From: an uncultured SAR86 cluster bacterium
Lineage (GTDB): Bacteria; Pseudomonadota; Gammaproteobacteria; Magnimaribacterales; D2472
NCBI GenBank assembly: GCA_902593675.1
Contig: CACJJI010000001.1
Location: forward strand, 256,957 to 320,956
Reading direction: 5' to 3'
Length of the DNA stretch: 64,000 bases
Positions 40,338-50,590 of this stretch are shown here, piece after piece. Numbering within the stretch: position 1 is the stretch's first letter; every line of letters begins with the position of its first letter. Below the pieces are notes generated by a model, which worked only from the letters and a program-made list of their open reading frames with translations, did no database searches and was not told where the DNA came from. The position numbers and the translations under genes were made by a program.

Positions 40338-41192
40338 ATGAAAATTGCATCCATTGACATTGGAACCAATGCTATTAAATCTAAGATATTTAAAACAACA
40401 CCTGCATCAATTGAATTTATTCAAGGAATTAGATCGCCCATAAGACTTGGAAGTGATGTTTTTAATGAAGGAAGTCTCAGCACAGCTAAATTAGATCAGG
40501 TCATTGAAACCATTCGAGAATATGAGAAAGTATTTAAAGAAAATTCCATCAGTCATTATAAGATAGTCGCAACATCAGCTTTCAGGGATACCTCCAACTC
40601 TGAAAATGCTAGACGTTACATAGAAACGGCGATTAATCATCCGCTAAATGTAATATCTGGATTAGAAGAAGCAAAATTAATTAGATTTCATCCCAAAAGT
40701 AATACAGGCAAAAATAAGATTTTTGTAGATTTGGGCGGTGGAAGCACTGAATTTTTTATTCGTAATGAAAAAGATACGATCATTCGATCTTTTCAACTTG
40801 GAGCTGTGCGTAATATGCTTAAAAGAGATGAAAAAGAAGAATGGCAACGCCTAGAAAAATGGCTTCAATCAATCAAGCCAAAGAAAAAATTAATTGGTAT
40901 TGGGGGCAATATTAGATCATTTCTCAATTCCCAGGGACAAAAAGAAATGCCGCTGAATGAATTTATTAAAAAATCTGAAAGGCTGTCGAAGCTCGATACC
41001 AAGGAAAAAATAAAGAAATATAAATTTTCTCCAGATAGAGCGGATGTTATCGATCATGCATTACACATTTTTAAATTTATTGCAGAACAATTAGAGATTC
41101 AAACAATCACATCAACTAAATGGGGGATTTCAGATTCAATAGCTATAAAATTATTCCACGAACTATATTCAAGCAAAGTTACTATTTCATAA
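40338..41192 (+). CDS. Ppx/GppA-family phosphatase, short form (actin-like N-terminal domains only)
   Basis: ASIDIGTNAIK phosphate-1 motif, ATSAFRD, and DLGGGSTEF. At 284 aa it lacks the C-terminal HD-like domains of E. coli Ppx. Its ATG directly follows the ppk2 stop. Confidence 0.8.
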   Translation: MKIASIDIGTNAIKSKIFKTTPASIEFIQGIRSPIRLGSDVFNEGSLSTAKLDQVIETIREYEKVFKENSISHYKIVATSAFRDTSNSENARRYIETAINHPLNVISGLEEAKLIRFHPKSNTGKNKIFVDLGGGSTEFFIRNEKDTIIRSFQLGAVRNMLKRDEKEEWQRLEKWLQSIKPKKKLIGIGGNIRSFLNSQGQKEMPLNEFIKKSERLSKLDTKEKIKKYKFSPDRADVIDHALHIFKFIAEQLEIQTITSTKWGISDSIAIKLFHELYSSKVTIS

Positions 41193-41660
41193 GTTTCTAT
41201 AAACAGAAATAATTTCATATCGATTTTCTGAAAATTCAATATCAATTGAGTCAATTATTATGCTTGGATGACTGGCAATTGTTTCTAAAAATTGAGCGCT
41301 ATTTTCAATACTCTGCTGAGTGAAAGAGAAGAACTGCTTTTCATTGTCTTCAAAAGTTTTAAGATTAAAAATTTCACTTAATTTCGCTTGAGAGTTTATA
41401 AAATCCTCTACTGAAGATGCCTGTTTAATAATTTGTTGAGTATTTTGGTAAATTAAAGCGGCATTAGCTTTTTCAAACACATAATAAAAATCATCTTTTG
41501 ACCTCTCCAGAGCTTTGCTTTGATAAGCAATAGAACTATATGCATTATTAAAATACGCGCCCAATAACACCAATATAAAAATTGCAAGAACTATCAGAAG
41601 CAAGAATCTCTCTCTTCGCTCACGAGCATTCCAAAAATCTGCTAGCTTGCTAAGTTTCAT
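41187..41660 (-). CDS. gspM: Type II secretion system protein M
   Basis: N-terminus FWNARERRERFLLL followed by one TM helix, and the last position in the gsp operon. The start is taken at the ATG at 41660, overlapping gspL by 11 nt. Confidence 0.65.
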   Translation of the reverse strand: MKLSKLADFWNARERRERFLLLIVLAIFILVLLGAYFNNAYSSIAYQSKALERSKDDFYYVFEKANAALIYQNTQQIIKQASSVEDFINSQAKLSEIFNLKTFEDNEKQFFSFTQQSIENSAQFLETIASHPSIIIDSIDIEFSENRYEIISVYRNL

Positions 41661-42819
41661 ATTGCACCAGTAAGTTACCAAAGAAACCCTCATCTTTTTC
41701 TATCAGATCAGACTCTATAAAATTGAGCTCTTCTGATTTCAATATTTGCTTTAATAGATTTAATTTCAAGGGCGGCAGCCCTTCCAAGCGAATATTAATT
41801 TCTTGTTCTTTGAGATTAATAGCAATCCTTTGAATTGAATCATCCTTGAATGCATCCAAGTAATTCAACACACCAAAATCTTGCTTTGAAATATTATTTT
41901 GCTGAGGAATATTTCTTGTTAAATCATCAATCTGAGCACGCGCATTAACCAATCTTTTAAAATTAGGGTTGAGTTGTTCAAAGATTTTTACAGTGCTTTG
42001 TTTGTAGGTATTCACGGATGAGTTTAAATTGTAGGAAATAACTAATGGTGCTATCAAAAATATGAGAGCTGAGATATTTAGAGCCCAGAATTCAAAAAAA
42101 TTAAATTTTAATTTCTGTTTAATATAATGAAATGATATTTTTCTTTTAAAGAAATTTACATTATTAAATTTAAGAGTGTTTATAAAACTAATATGAAAGT
42201 CAGAAAATTGTATTTTTTTAAAATTTAAATCTTGAAATTTATTTAAAAGTACAGGCTCTGACTCACCTAAAGCTTGAAGCGCTTTTAAATCTATGCCGGC
42301 AGATACCAAAATTTGTAGATAATCTTCTAGCGAATCATTGGAGCCGCTAAATCCAGTGAAATCTTTAAATGAACAAATGAAGTTCTGCTCACCAACATAA
42401 ATAGAATTGATTCCCTCAGGTAATAAAAAATGTTCGGGATAAAAATAAACATCTCCCTCATACTCATTAAAAGGCTCGGCAATAGAATTATAGGTGTTGT
42501 AATTAATCCAAGCTGCTAGATTTAAACTAGGCTGAAAAAAGAATTTTAGATCTGAGACATTACTGATAAGACCATCCTCAGACTCACTAAAAATGTTTGC
42601 TTTTAAAATATCATTCTTTAATCCAGTCTCGTTGCGAGTGACCTTGAATCCGAATAGCGCAGAAGGGATCATGATATAAAGATTATTGCCAGGTAATAGT
42701 GCTTCATTAGCCTCTATTACACTGTATTTCTTAACTTGCTTTGCACCACTCTCGTCATATGTAAAAAGCCTAACAGTAGATAGGCATAGATCATCGAATT
42801 TAATAAAGTAATTGATCAT
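41650..42819 (-). CDS. gspL: Type II secretion system protein L
   Basis: 389 aa with a cytoplasmic domain, a single TM helix (ISALIFLIAPLVISY) and a periplasmic domain. Positioned between gspK and gspM. Confidence 0.65.
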   Translation of the reverse strand: MINYFIKFDDLCLSTVRLFTYDESGAKQVKKYSVIEANEALLPGNNLYIMIPSALFGFKVTRNETGLKNDILKANIFSESEDGLISNVSDLKFFFQPSLNLAAWINYNTYNSIAEPFNEYEGDVYFYPEHFLLPEGINSIYVGEQNFICSFKDFTGFSGSNDSLEDYLQILVSAGIDLKALQALGESEPVLLNKFQDLNFKKIQFSDFHISFINTLKFNNVNFFKRKISFHYIKQKLKFNFFEFWALNISALIFLIAPLVISYNLNSSVNTYKQSTVKIFEQLNPNFKRLVNARAQIDDLTRNIPQQNNISKQDFGVLNYLDAFKDDSIQRIAINLKEQEINIRLEGLPPLKLNLLKQILKSEELNFIESDLIEKDEGFFGNLLVQYET

Positions 42820-42824
42820 ATGTG

Positions 42825-43781
42825 TTAGAAACTAAAATCTCTATTCAAAACTTTTGCTGAATTAGAATTCTCTAATATAACAAGACTATCCAGCTGATTG
42901 GAAAAAGTTTGATTATATATCTTAGATGAAATAAGTAAGGTTTTTGAGTTAATGCTGAGGACCTGTGATGGCCAAGAGACTGATTGGGTTATTTTCTTAG
43001 CAAATTCATTGGCAGAATCATAGCCATTTTCTGGAGCATCTAATATCTGGCTTTCAATAAATTCTAAATTTTCTTCATCAAAAAATGATGCTATCAAATT
43101 TTTATGAGTATTATTTAATGTGTTGACATTAATTAATTGATTTGAAATTCCTGGTAAGACGCATAAATTATTAGATATTTTGTTGAAGTCAATTTGATCT
43201 AAAACGGGGAAATTTTTTATCTCTGAAAGATTGGACAATAATCTTTTAGGAGTATATTGATTGATTGGAGATAAGGGTCCAATGTAAAAATAGTTTTCTG
43301 CACCGAAATTTAATGGCTGATTATCAGGATCAACCCAGTCAATTAATTGATCAATAAATGATTCTATCTTTGGGGCATCAAAACCTTTTAATCTTAATAA
43401 ACGCTCTAACCATTCTTTATTGTCTTTTTTAATTTGAAGACCATCACCAGTTTTTATAAAAATACTATTTAGGTTAAAACAATTAGAGGCATCGGAAACG
43501 TCCACTTGAATGGTGGCTAATTCATTTGAAAAGAAATAGCTCTGATTAAGAACTGGATCTTTGTTCGTTAGCTTTTGATTTGAAGAGACAATTTCTTTTT
43601 GAATAGACTGAATAGCTTCTTTCTCTGAGCTCAACAAGAGTTGCAAACTGTGGTTCTTAAAATCTATATATGAATCTCGTTGAATGGAAAGAAAAAAATT
43701 TTTACTGATCTGAGTGCTGATAATAGCCATGACCATCACAATTAATAATGTTGAAATCAGTACTACGCCTGGCTTATTCAT
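42825..43781 (-). CDS. gspK: Type II secretion minor pseudopilin K
   Basis: N-terminus GVVLISTLLIVMVMAII without the conserved Glu5, size 318 aa, and operon position. Confidence 0.75.
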   Translation of the reverse strand: MNKPGVVLISTLLIVMVMAIISTQISKNFFLSIQRDSYIDFKNHSLQLLLSSEKEAIQSIQKEIVSSNQKLTNKDPVLNQSYFFSNELATIQVDVSDASNCFNLNSIFIKTGDGLQIKKDNKEWLERLLRLKGFDAPKIESFIDQLIDWVDPDNQPLNFGAENYFYIGPLSPINQYTPKRLLSNLSEIKNFPVLDQIDFNKISNNLCVLPGISNQLINVNTLNNTHKNLIASFFDEENLEFIESQILDAPENGYDSANEFAKKITQSVSWPSQVLSINSKTLLISSKIYNQTFSNQLDSLVILENSNSAKVLNRDFSF

Positions 43782-44385
43782 AAACAGTATTGATATTGGG
43801 GTTTACTATCCATACAAATGATTCATCTTGATTGTTGGTTATAGAGACTTTTATTAAGTTAGGAATCTGTCTTTGCGTGATTGGCCCTTGAGGCCATGCA
43901 TAAAACCATCGAGTTTTGTCAGCAAATTCTAATTGAAGATTATCTATATCTTCAAACAACTTAGTTTCCATATATTCCAAGGGATTTGCTGGCGAGGCAG
44001 CATAATATTGCCTTCTCAATAATGATTGATTTTCTAAAACATATTCAATCCTTACTAAGTCTTTGGACGATATATCTTGAGTAATTGCTTTGGTTATAAA
44101 GGAAAAACTATCAGTATTTGCACCACCGATAAAAGTAGCCTTTTCTATATCACCTCTAAAATTTATTACAGGAATGTTTACTGCATTTATTAAATCGTTA
44201 GTTAAAGTACTGGTCAGTAAATTAAATTCATAAATATCTTGAGATTTTCCTGACACTAAATCCCTTGATTGAATTGAAGAGTTTAAAAAGTTGGATGTGA
44301 TGACTGCTATGAGGCTCAAAATGACAATAGATATTAATACTTCAATTAGAGTAAAGCCTTTTTTGTGGTCCTTATTTTTTTTCAA
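43774..44385 (-). CDS. gspJ: Type II secretion minor pseudopilin J
   Basis: Prepilin motif KGFTLIEVLISIVIL. 203 aa. Operon position. Confidence 0.75.
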   Translation of the reverse strand: MKKNKDHKKGFTLIEVLISIVILSLIAVITSNFLNSSIQSRDLVSGKSQDIYEFNLLTSTLTNDLINAVNIPVINFRGDIEKATFIGGANTDSFSFITKAITQDISSKDLVRIEYVLENQSLLRRQYYAASPANPLEYMETKLFEDIDNLQLEFADKTRWFYAWPQGPITQRQIPNLIKVSITNNQDESFVWIVNPNINTVYE

Positions 44386-44728
44386 TGAATACTCTCAATT
44401 CATATAATGTTGCTTGCTGATTTTTGCCAACTAAAATTCTAATTTCATTCATCCGATCAGAACTTTGATTGATTGTTTCTGACCAAAAAAAAGTTTTTCC
44501 ACCAAAATCTATTTGACCATCTCTTTGATTAGTTCCAATCATTGGCTCTAGTGTCTGGACCAGCGCCAATCTATTGTTTGCAATTTGTCTTGCATAAGCT
44601 CTATCTTCTAGGTCAAAAGTAGATAATGTAGTGGATGAAATAAATTGAAAGATAGAAGTAACCGCCAAGCCAAGAATTAGCAGAGCTACACCAACCTCTA
44701 GAAGACTAAAACCCTTTTGAAGAAACAT
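44372..44728 (-). CDS. gspI: Type II secretion minor pseudopilin I
   Basis: Prepilin motif KGFSLLEVGVALLIL. 118 aa. Operon position. Confidence 0.75.
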   Translation of the reverse strand: MFLQKGFSLLEVGVALLILGLAVTSIFQFISSTTLSTFDLEDRAYARQIANNRLALVQTLEPMIGTNQRDGQIDFGGKTFFWSETINQSSDRMNEIRILVGKNQQATLYELRVFIEKK

Positions 44729-45215
44729 AATTATTTTTAGAATCTATGACTTTACCAGAGGCATCTATGGTGATCACTCTTCCTGAGTTATCTTCATTAA
44801 AATGGATTTCACCGCCTGAAGATTGGCCAGATGGATAAAAAATTAAAAAAGGTAATTTAGTTTCATCTGAAAATAAGAGTGTCTGACCGCGAGCATTTTT
44901 AAAAAGAGTTTGGTTGCTTATATTTGGGTAGTACGAAGAATCAAAATCCTGTGAATGCCACTCATTTTTTTTTAAAATATAAATAGTTTGAGTATTCTCT
45001 CCAATGAACCATGCAAGAGTTTTTTTAGTTAAAGCGCTTTCTTCAGAGAGGTATTTAAGAAATTCTTTATAGGGCTCGACTTGATTGGATTGGTATCTAT
45101 CAACAAAAGATGTATTGGTAATAATGACAGTGGAAATAAGGCCCATTAAAATTAACACAACTAAAAGCTCTAAAAGAGTGAAGCCTTGAGAGAAATTTAG
45201 TTTTCTGAAATCCAA
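44706..45215 (-). CDS. gspH: Type II secretion minor pseudopilin H
   Basis: Prepilin motif QGFTLLELLVVLILMG. 169 aa. Operon position. Confidence 0.7.
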   Translation of the reverse strand: MDFRKLNFSQGFTLLELLVVLILMGLISTVIITNTSFVDRYQSNQVEPYKEFLKYLSEESALTKKTLAWFIGENTQTIYILKKNEWHSQDFDSSYYPNISNQTLFKNARGQTLLFSDETKLPFLIFYPSGQSSGGEIHFNEDNSGRVITIDASGKVIDSKNNYVSSKGF

Positions 45216-45631
45216 TTACCTATATCGGCATCGTCTCCAAAGCCGCCCTCTAAACCATCTGCACCAAGACTATAAAGATCATATTTTTTAGTTTTTTGAC
45301 CTGGTTGAATATATAAGTATTCTCGACCCCATGGATCTAGAGGAGTTGTATTAATATACCCATTCTCAGGATACAAGTAAGGACGTTTAAGCTCATTGTG
45401 GGGGGTTATTAATGCTTGAAGCCCCTGATCTGTTGAGGGGTATGTGAGCTCGTTAAATTTATACAACTCAAGGGCTTTCTCAATTTGAGAGAGGTCTGCG
45501 CGCATCTTTTCAAGATTAGCTCTTTGCAAAAAGGGTGAGACATTGACAGCAACAATAGTGGCTAAAATGCCTAAGATGACTATCACGGCCATAAGCTCAA
45601 TTAACGTAAAACCAGGTTTGTTTTTTTTCAT
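45197..45631 (-). CDS. gspG: Type II secretion major pseudopilin G
   Basis: PGFTLIELMAVIVILGILA, plus a conserved GspG C-terminal region (DPWGREYLY..GADG). Confidence 0.9.
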   Translation of the reverse strand: MKKNKPGFTLIELMAVIVILGILATIVAVNVSPFLQRANLEKMRADLSQIEKALELYKFNELTYPSTDQGLQALITPHNELKRPYLYPENGYINTTPLDPWGREYLYIQPGQKTKKYDLYSLGADGLEGGFGDDADIGNWISEN

Positions 45632-45633
45632 AT

Positions 45634-46830
45634 TTATCCTAAAGCCATGCTATTCATCTGCATGATGGGTAATAAAATAGCTAAAACAATTAATAAAATT
45701 ATGCCGCCACCAAAAATTATAACCAAAGGTTCAAGTAAAGATAAAACAGTTGATCTTTTACTTTCTATTTCGCCTTTCATATATTGTGCAACTTTTTCAA
45801 ACATGAATGTTAAATTTCCTGACTTATAGCCACTTGAAAGAAGTTGTAAAAATAAGGAAGGGAAAATACTGGCCTCTCTGAGTGATTGAATGAAGTCTTT
45901 GCCCTCTACCAACTGAACCCTGGCATCTTCAACAGATTTAGCGATGTATTTGTTGCCTATGACAACGCTAGCTTGCTGCATAGAAACATCCAAGTTTAAG
46001 CCTGACTTCATCATCAGATGCATCACTCTTGAAAAACGTTCAACCTCTGCATTTAATATAAATGCACCAATAAGGGGGATTTTTAAAAATCTTCTATGAA
46101 TTATGATTGCTTTTTGATCATTTTGAATTAAATGTTTGTATAAAAAAAAGCCGCCTAAAATTAGCAAAAAAAATGATAATAGAATTAATACAGAATAATT
46201 TGATACACCCATTAAGACTGCCGTCAAAGCTGGTAGTTGCGCGCCTGCACGAACAAATTGATCAACAACTTGAGGCATGACAAATGTTAAGAGAGCAAAA
46301 ACCACTCCCACTGAAAAGACCATTAAAATCATAGGATATGCTAATGCTGAAATGACTTGCTGTCTTACCAATGCAGATTCTTCAAGGTAATCTGCAAGAT
46401 TGCTAAAAGCAATATGCAAGTTCCCTGCAGCATCTCCAGCTGCAACAAGCGATCTATAGGTTTCATTGAAGATGGATGGATGTGAGGACATTGCTTCAGC
46501 AATTCTAGAGCCTTGAAGAATCTCATCTCTTACTGCATGCAATGCTGCAGAAAGAGACTTATCTTCAACTTCAAGAGCAATAGATTTTAAAGTTTCATCA
46601 ATGGATATACTAGAATCAAGTAAAGTTGCAATTTGTCTAGTAGCAAACAGTAATTGTTTTTGGGATACCCTAACCTTTAAAAATTGATTTCTATTAGTTT
46701 TACCTAAAGATAATGGTGTTAAGTTTGATGCTTTGATTTGCTGTCTCGCAGCACGTTCTGATTCAGAGTTTAAAATCCCATTAACTTTTTTTCCAGATTC
46801 ATTGATTGCAATGTATTTATAAGTTGGCAT
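45634..46830 (-). CDS. gspF: Type II secretion inner-membrane platform protein F
   Basis: 398 aa with a duplicated GspF/PilC domain and 3 TM segments. Confidence 0.9.
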   Translation of the reverse strand: MPTYKYIAINESGKKVNGILNSESERAARQQIKASNLTPLSLGKTNRNQFLKVRVSQKQLLFATRQIATLLDSSISIDETLKSIALEVEDKSLSAALHAVRDEILQGSRIAEAMSSHPSIFNETYRSLVAAGDAAGNLHIAFSNLADYLEESALVRQQVISALAYPMILMVFSVGVVFALLTFVMPQVVDQFVRAGAQLPALTAVLMGVSNYSVLILLSFFLLILGGFFLYKHLIQNDQKAIIIHRRFLKIPLIGAFILNAEVERFSRVMHLMMKSGLNLDVSMQQASVVIGNKYIAKSVEDARVQLVEGKDFIQSLREASIFPSLFLQLLSSGYKSGNLTFMFEKVAQYMKGEIESKRSTVLSLLEPLVIIFGGGIILLIVLAILLPIMQMNSMALG

Positions 46831-48313
46831 CTTGATGGTTTTGAACTCTTAAAAGTTCTTCATATGAAGTTAAACCGTCACGTAAAAGTTGTGACGAGGA
46901 TAAGTCTAAGGATAGGTTTTCTTTAAAAGCTGATTCAGCTAACTTTGCCTCAGAGGCTTCGTCATGTATCAAGGCTTTTAATTCATCAGAGATATTAATG
47001 CACTCGGCAAGAGCAATCCTGCCTTTGAAACCTGTGTGATTGCAGTTTGCACATCCAACAGCCTGATAGATATTTTCGTTTTTCTCAAGTTGAAACTCTT
47101 TTTGGATTGTGGCTGACGGCTTCACGGGGGTTTTGCAATCTTCACATAGTCTTCGAACAAGTCTTTGGGCGATAACCACTCGTATGCTTGATGATAAAAG
47201 ATATGACTCAATACCCATGTCCCTTAGTCTAGCAATGGCTCCAATAGCACTATTGGTATGAATGGTAGAGAGAACTAAATGCCCTGTTAAACTTGCCTGA
47301 ATAGCAATTTTAGCAGTTTCTATATCTCTAATTTCTCCTACCATGACTATATCGGGATCTTGACGTAGGATTGATCTTAGACCTGAAGCAAAATCGTATC
47401 CAGCTTTATTGTTAACTTGAGTTTGACCAATTCCTGGCAGAGTGTATTCAATAGGATCTTCAACGGTAAGGATATTTTGTGAAGTATCGCTTATGTGTCT
47501 TAGGCCGGAATACAATGTTGTTGTTTTCCCAGAGCCGGTTGGACCGGTAACTAAGATAATGCCTTCTGAAAGTTGCAAAGCATTTTTATAGTTTCTTAAG
47601 ATTGAATCTGGCAAACCCAAATCACCAATATTGATTTGCGCTGCCTGTTTATCCAATAACCTTAAAACAACTCTTTCGCCATAGGATGATGGCAAAGTAG
47701 AAACTCGAACATCAATTTTTTTTGCCCCTAGTGATAGGGAGACCCTCCCATCTTGAGGCTGTCTTCTTTCGGCTATATCCAATCGAGCAATAATTTTTAA
47801 GCGCGAAATAATAGGAGCTGAAAGCCTAGAATCGTGAGTCAAGACTTGTCGTAAAATACCGTCAACCCTATACCTAATAATAAAATTTTCTTCATAAGGT
47901 TCAAAATGAATATCTGATGCTCTCTCTTTGATGGCTTGACTTATTACTCCATTAATCAGTTTAATAATTGGAGCATCATTTGCTCCGCTTAATAAATCCT
48001 CAGTTGGAGCTAATGTATTTGCAAATGATTGCAAATCAAAGTCCTCTGAAAGGCTTGCATCACCCAATCCATTATCATCGTTAGCTGAATAATATTCAGT
48101 TAATAATTGATCAAATTCAGTTGGAGTACATGTTTGAGATTTAAAATGATTAGCAAGAAAACGATAGAGCTCTTGAAATAAATCTTTTGAAAGAGGCTGC
48201 TCTGATATAACTTGAGCTCGTTGATCTTTTTCAAATGCAATCACTCTTTGAGTTTTTGCGAATTCATATGGTAGCAAGGGACTCTTTTGGGCAACAACCT
48301 GATTCTTCGTCAT
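46817..48313 (-). CDS. gspE: Type II secretion ATPase E
   Basis: Walker A GPTGSGKTTT, Asp box, Walker B (DPDIVMVGEIRD), His box, and a tetracysteine CEDC..CANC motif. Confidence 0.95.
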   Translation of the reverse strand: MTKNQVVAQKSPLLPYEFAKTQRVIAFEKDQRAQVISEQPLSKDLFQELYRFLANHFKSQTCTPTEFDQLLTEYYSANDDNGLGDASLSEDFDLQSFANTLAPTEDLLSGANDAPIIKLINGVISQAIKERASDIHFEPYEENFIIRYRVDGILRQVLTHDSRLSAPIISRLKIIARLDIAERRQPQDGRVSLSLGAKKIDVRVSTLPSSYGERVVLRLLDKQAAQINIGDLGLPDSILRNYKNALQLSEGIILVTGPTGSGKTTTLYSGLRHISDTSQNILTVEDPIEYTLPGIGQTQVNNKAGYDFASGLRSILRQDPDIVMVGEIRDIETAKIAIQASLTGHLVLSTIHTNSAIGAIARLRDMGIESYLLSSSIRVVIAQRLVRRLCEDCKTPVKPSATIQKEFQLEKNENIYQAVGCANCNHTGFKGRIALAECINISDELKALIHDEASEAKLAESAFKENLSLDLSSSQLLRDGLTSYEELLRVQNHQDANL

Positions 48314-48316
48314 AAA

Positions 48317-50158
48317 CTATTGAGTAAGGTCTAAGATATTTTTGTTAGATGATCCTATGATTTTTTCTGCATTGATATAATTGTACTTCTCTCCCGAAAG
48401 AGAAGAAACATCAGCTGAGTCCATTAAGATTGTGGGTCTTAAAAATACCATAAGATTTCTCTGCACTCTAGATTCAGCAGATGAACTAAAGAGTCTCCCA
48501 AAAACCGGAATAGAGCCAAGCAGTGGAACTTTAGAGACGCTTTCTTGAAGGTCGTCTTCATTTAAGCCTCCTAAAACTATCATCTGATTGTTATCAACCA
48601 AGACAGTTGTTTCAATGCTTCTTTTGTTTGTAATAAGATCTGCTGTTCCTGTTAAAGGGCCAACCACACCAGAGACCTCTTGTTTTATCTCCAAAATTAC
48701 AGAATTACCTTCATTAATTTGTGGCGTAATAGAAAGTTTTATACCAACCTCTTGACGTGAAGTTGTGCGAAAAGGATTAGCATTATTTGAGCCAAGGCTT
48801 TCACCAGTTGTAATTGGGATCTCTTGGCCTATTACTAAATTTGCAGGCTCATTATCCATCGCAATGACTGTATGTGTTGATAAGACATCTGAATTCTGAT
48901 CATCCGCAACTGCACTTATAATTCCAGCAAAGCTATCTCCGCCGCTTAAATCTCCAAACCCTGAAACCAATCCAGAGGACTGTAATAAAGAAGAAGATGC
49001 AACATTGCTTAATGTGGCATTTTCACCATCTTCGATCAACGATCCTGCTAATGCAACCAAATCAGGATTCGATCCATTTTGAAATCTAGTAATACCAACT
49101 GGAACATTTCCATCCTGAGCTCCGGCAAAAATTGTTTCAACGCCCAAACTCTTTGCGGCTGTTTCAGATAGCTCAACAATGATTGCTTCTACAAGCACCT
49201 GCGCTCTTCTAATATCTAGCTTTGATACCAAATTTCTAATAACCTCAAGATTTGTTTCTTCTGAAGAGACAATCAACGAATTGGTTTCACGGTGGTGAGT
49301 AACAATTGGTTTTTCATTATCTTCGCCAGCAAACCTAGATGAGACAGCATTAATAATGGCGGCAACTTCTTCTGCTTTTGCATACTTTAGATACAAAACA
49401 GCAATTGACCCACCAGTTAAAGCATCTTTATCCAACGTCTTCAATGTTTCGGTAATATTATTTGTAACTACCTGATCTGCTGAGAGTATTACTGAATTTG
49501 ATGGTGTGAATGGAACGGCTATAAAGTTATTTATAGTTGGATTATTCTGAGCTTTTAATCGATCAAGAATCCTTACCGCCTCAACTGACGAAAGATTATT
49601 TAACTTAATAATCTTGATCGCTGCGCTATCATTTTGATCAATTTTTTTAAGCAACTGGCCAATCCTTTCAATGTTTGATTTTTTATCAACCAAAAGTATA
49701 GAGTTAATCGATGGGATACTTGACAGATGAGATTGCCTTCCAGTGATAGGTTTGATTTGACTGAGAATTTCTCCTGCAGCTCTATTTTTTAGAGTAAATA
49801 TTTTTGTTTCTATGGAAGACTGGCTCAGTGATTCATTTGAATCTCTGGTTGCTTCATTTTCAGGGACAATTCTAACCACTCCACCGTCTGAAAGAGCTGC
49901 AAAACCATGCACCTGAATAGTTCTTAAATATACATCCCAAACTTGTTCAGCAGAAAGAATTGAATCAGAAAAAATTGATATTCTACCTTTAACCCTTGGA
50001 TCAAGTATCAAAGTTTTTTTAGAAAATTTAGAAATATCTTGGGTGACTTTTGCTATATCTACATCTTGGTAATTAAGCAAGAAAGTTTCTTGTGCGTGAG
50101 ATTGGATGGAAAAAAGAAAAAAAGGAATGAAAATTATGGATTTAATTTTTTGAATCAC
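48317..50158 (-). CDS. gspD: Type II secretion secretin D
   Basis: Signal peptide, N0-N3 domains, and a C-terminal secretin domain (VPLLGSIPVFGRLF..LMVFLRPTIL). Confidence 0.9.
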   Translation of the reverse strand: MIQKIKSIIFIPFFLFSIQSHAQETFLLNYQDVDIAKVTQDISKFSKKTLILDPRVKGRISIFSDSILSAEQVWDVYLRTIQVHGFAALSDGGVVRIVPENEATRDSNESLSQSSIETKIFTLKNRAAGEILSQIKPITGRQSHLSSIPSINSILLVDKKSNIERIGQLLKKIDQNDSAAIKIIKLNNLSSVEAVRILDRLKAQNNPTINNFIAVPFTPSNSVILSADQVVTNNITETLKTLDKDALTGGSIAVLYLKYAKAEEVAAIINAVSSRFAGEDNEKPIVTHHRETNSLIVSSEETNLEVIRNLVSKLDIRRAQVLVEAIIVELSETAAKSLGVETIFAGAQDGNVPVGITRFQNGSNPDLVALAGSLIEDGENATLSNVASSSLLQSSGLVSGFGDLSGGDSFAGIISAVADDQNSDVLSTHTVIAMDNEPANLVIGQEIPITTGESLGSNNANPFRTTSRQEVGIKLSITPQINEGNSVILEIKQEVSGVVGPLTGTADLITNKRSIETTVLVDNNQMIVLGGLNEDDLQESVSKVPLLGSIPVFGRLFSSSAESRVQRNLMVFLRPTILMDSADVSSLSGEKYNYINAEKIIGSSNKNILDLTQ

Positions 50159-50159
50159 T

Positions 50160-50564
50160 TTAATTATCTACTATTAAATTTGTACTTATTTGAAAAAGAT
50201 TTCCGTTATATTCAAATGTAGCATATGCACTATTTACAGTGGCTAATTTATATTTATTTTCCAATAATGCACCCTGTTGCACAACAAAGGTTTGATTATT
50301 TTTTTGAACGATTACTGAGGCTCTTGAAGGACCGGCTCTAAATCCAACAACCTTATAATCAAAATTTGATGAGGGGGTTGATTCAATTTGATTCACATCG
50401 ATGCTAGAGCTAAATTGAGAAGATCCTTGAATTGAGTTGAAATCTATATTAATTTCACTAGGTCGAGAAACAAAAGACAAGATTAATAGATATAGAACAT
50501 ATCCCGCTAGCAGAACCACGAGACCAATCAGGACTTTTTTAATCAAAATGTAATTAGTATTCAT
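50160..50564 (-). CDS. gspC: Type II secretion protein C (minimal: TM + HR domain, no PDZ)
   Basis: N-terminal TM helix, then a roughly 70-aa HR/PilP-like domain (YKVVGFRAG..ASVIVQKNNQTFVVQQG..). First gene of the gsp block, 1 nt before gspD. Confidence 0.6.
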   Translation of the reverse strand: MNTNYILIKKVLIGLVVLLAGYVLYLLILSFVSRPSEINIDFNSIQGSSQFSSSIDVNQIESTPSSNFDYKVVGFRAGPSRASVIVQKNNQTFVVQQGALLENKYKLATVNSAYATFEYNGNLFQISTNLIVDN

Positions 50565-50590
50565 AAGGTTAGATCAACTTTATAGTTTAT

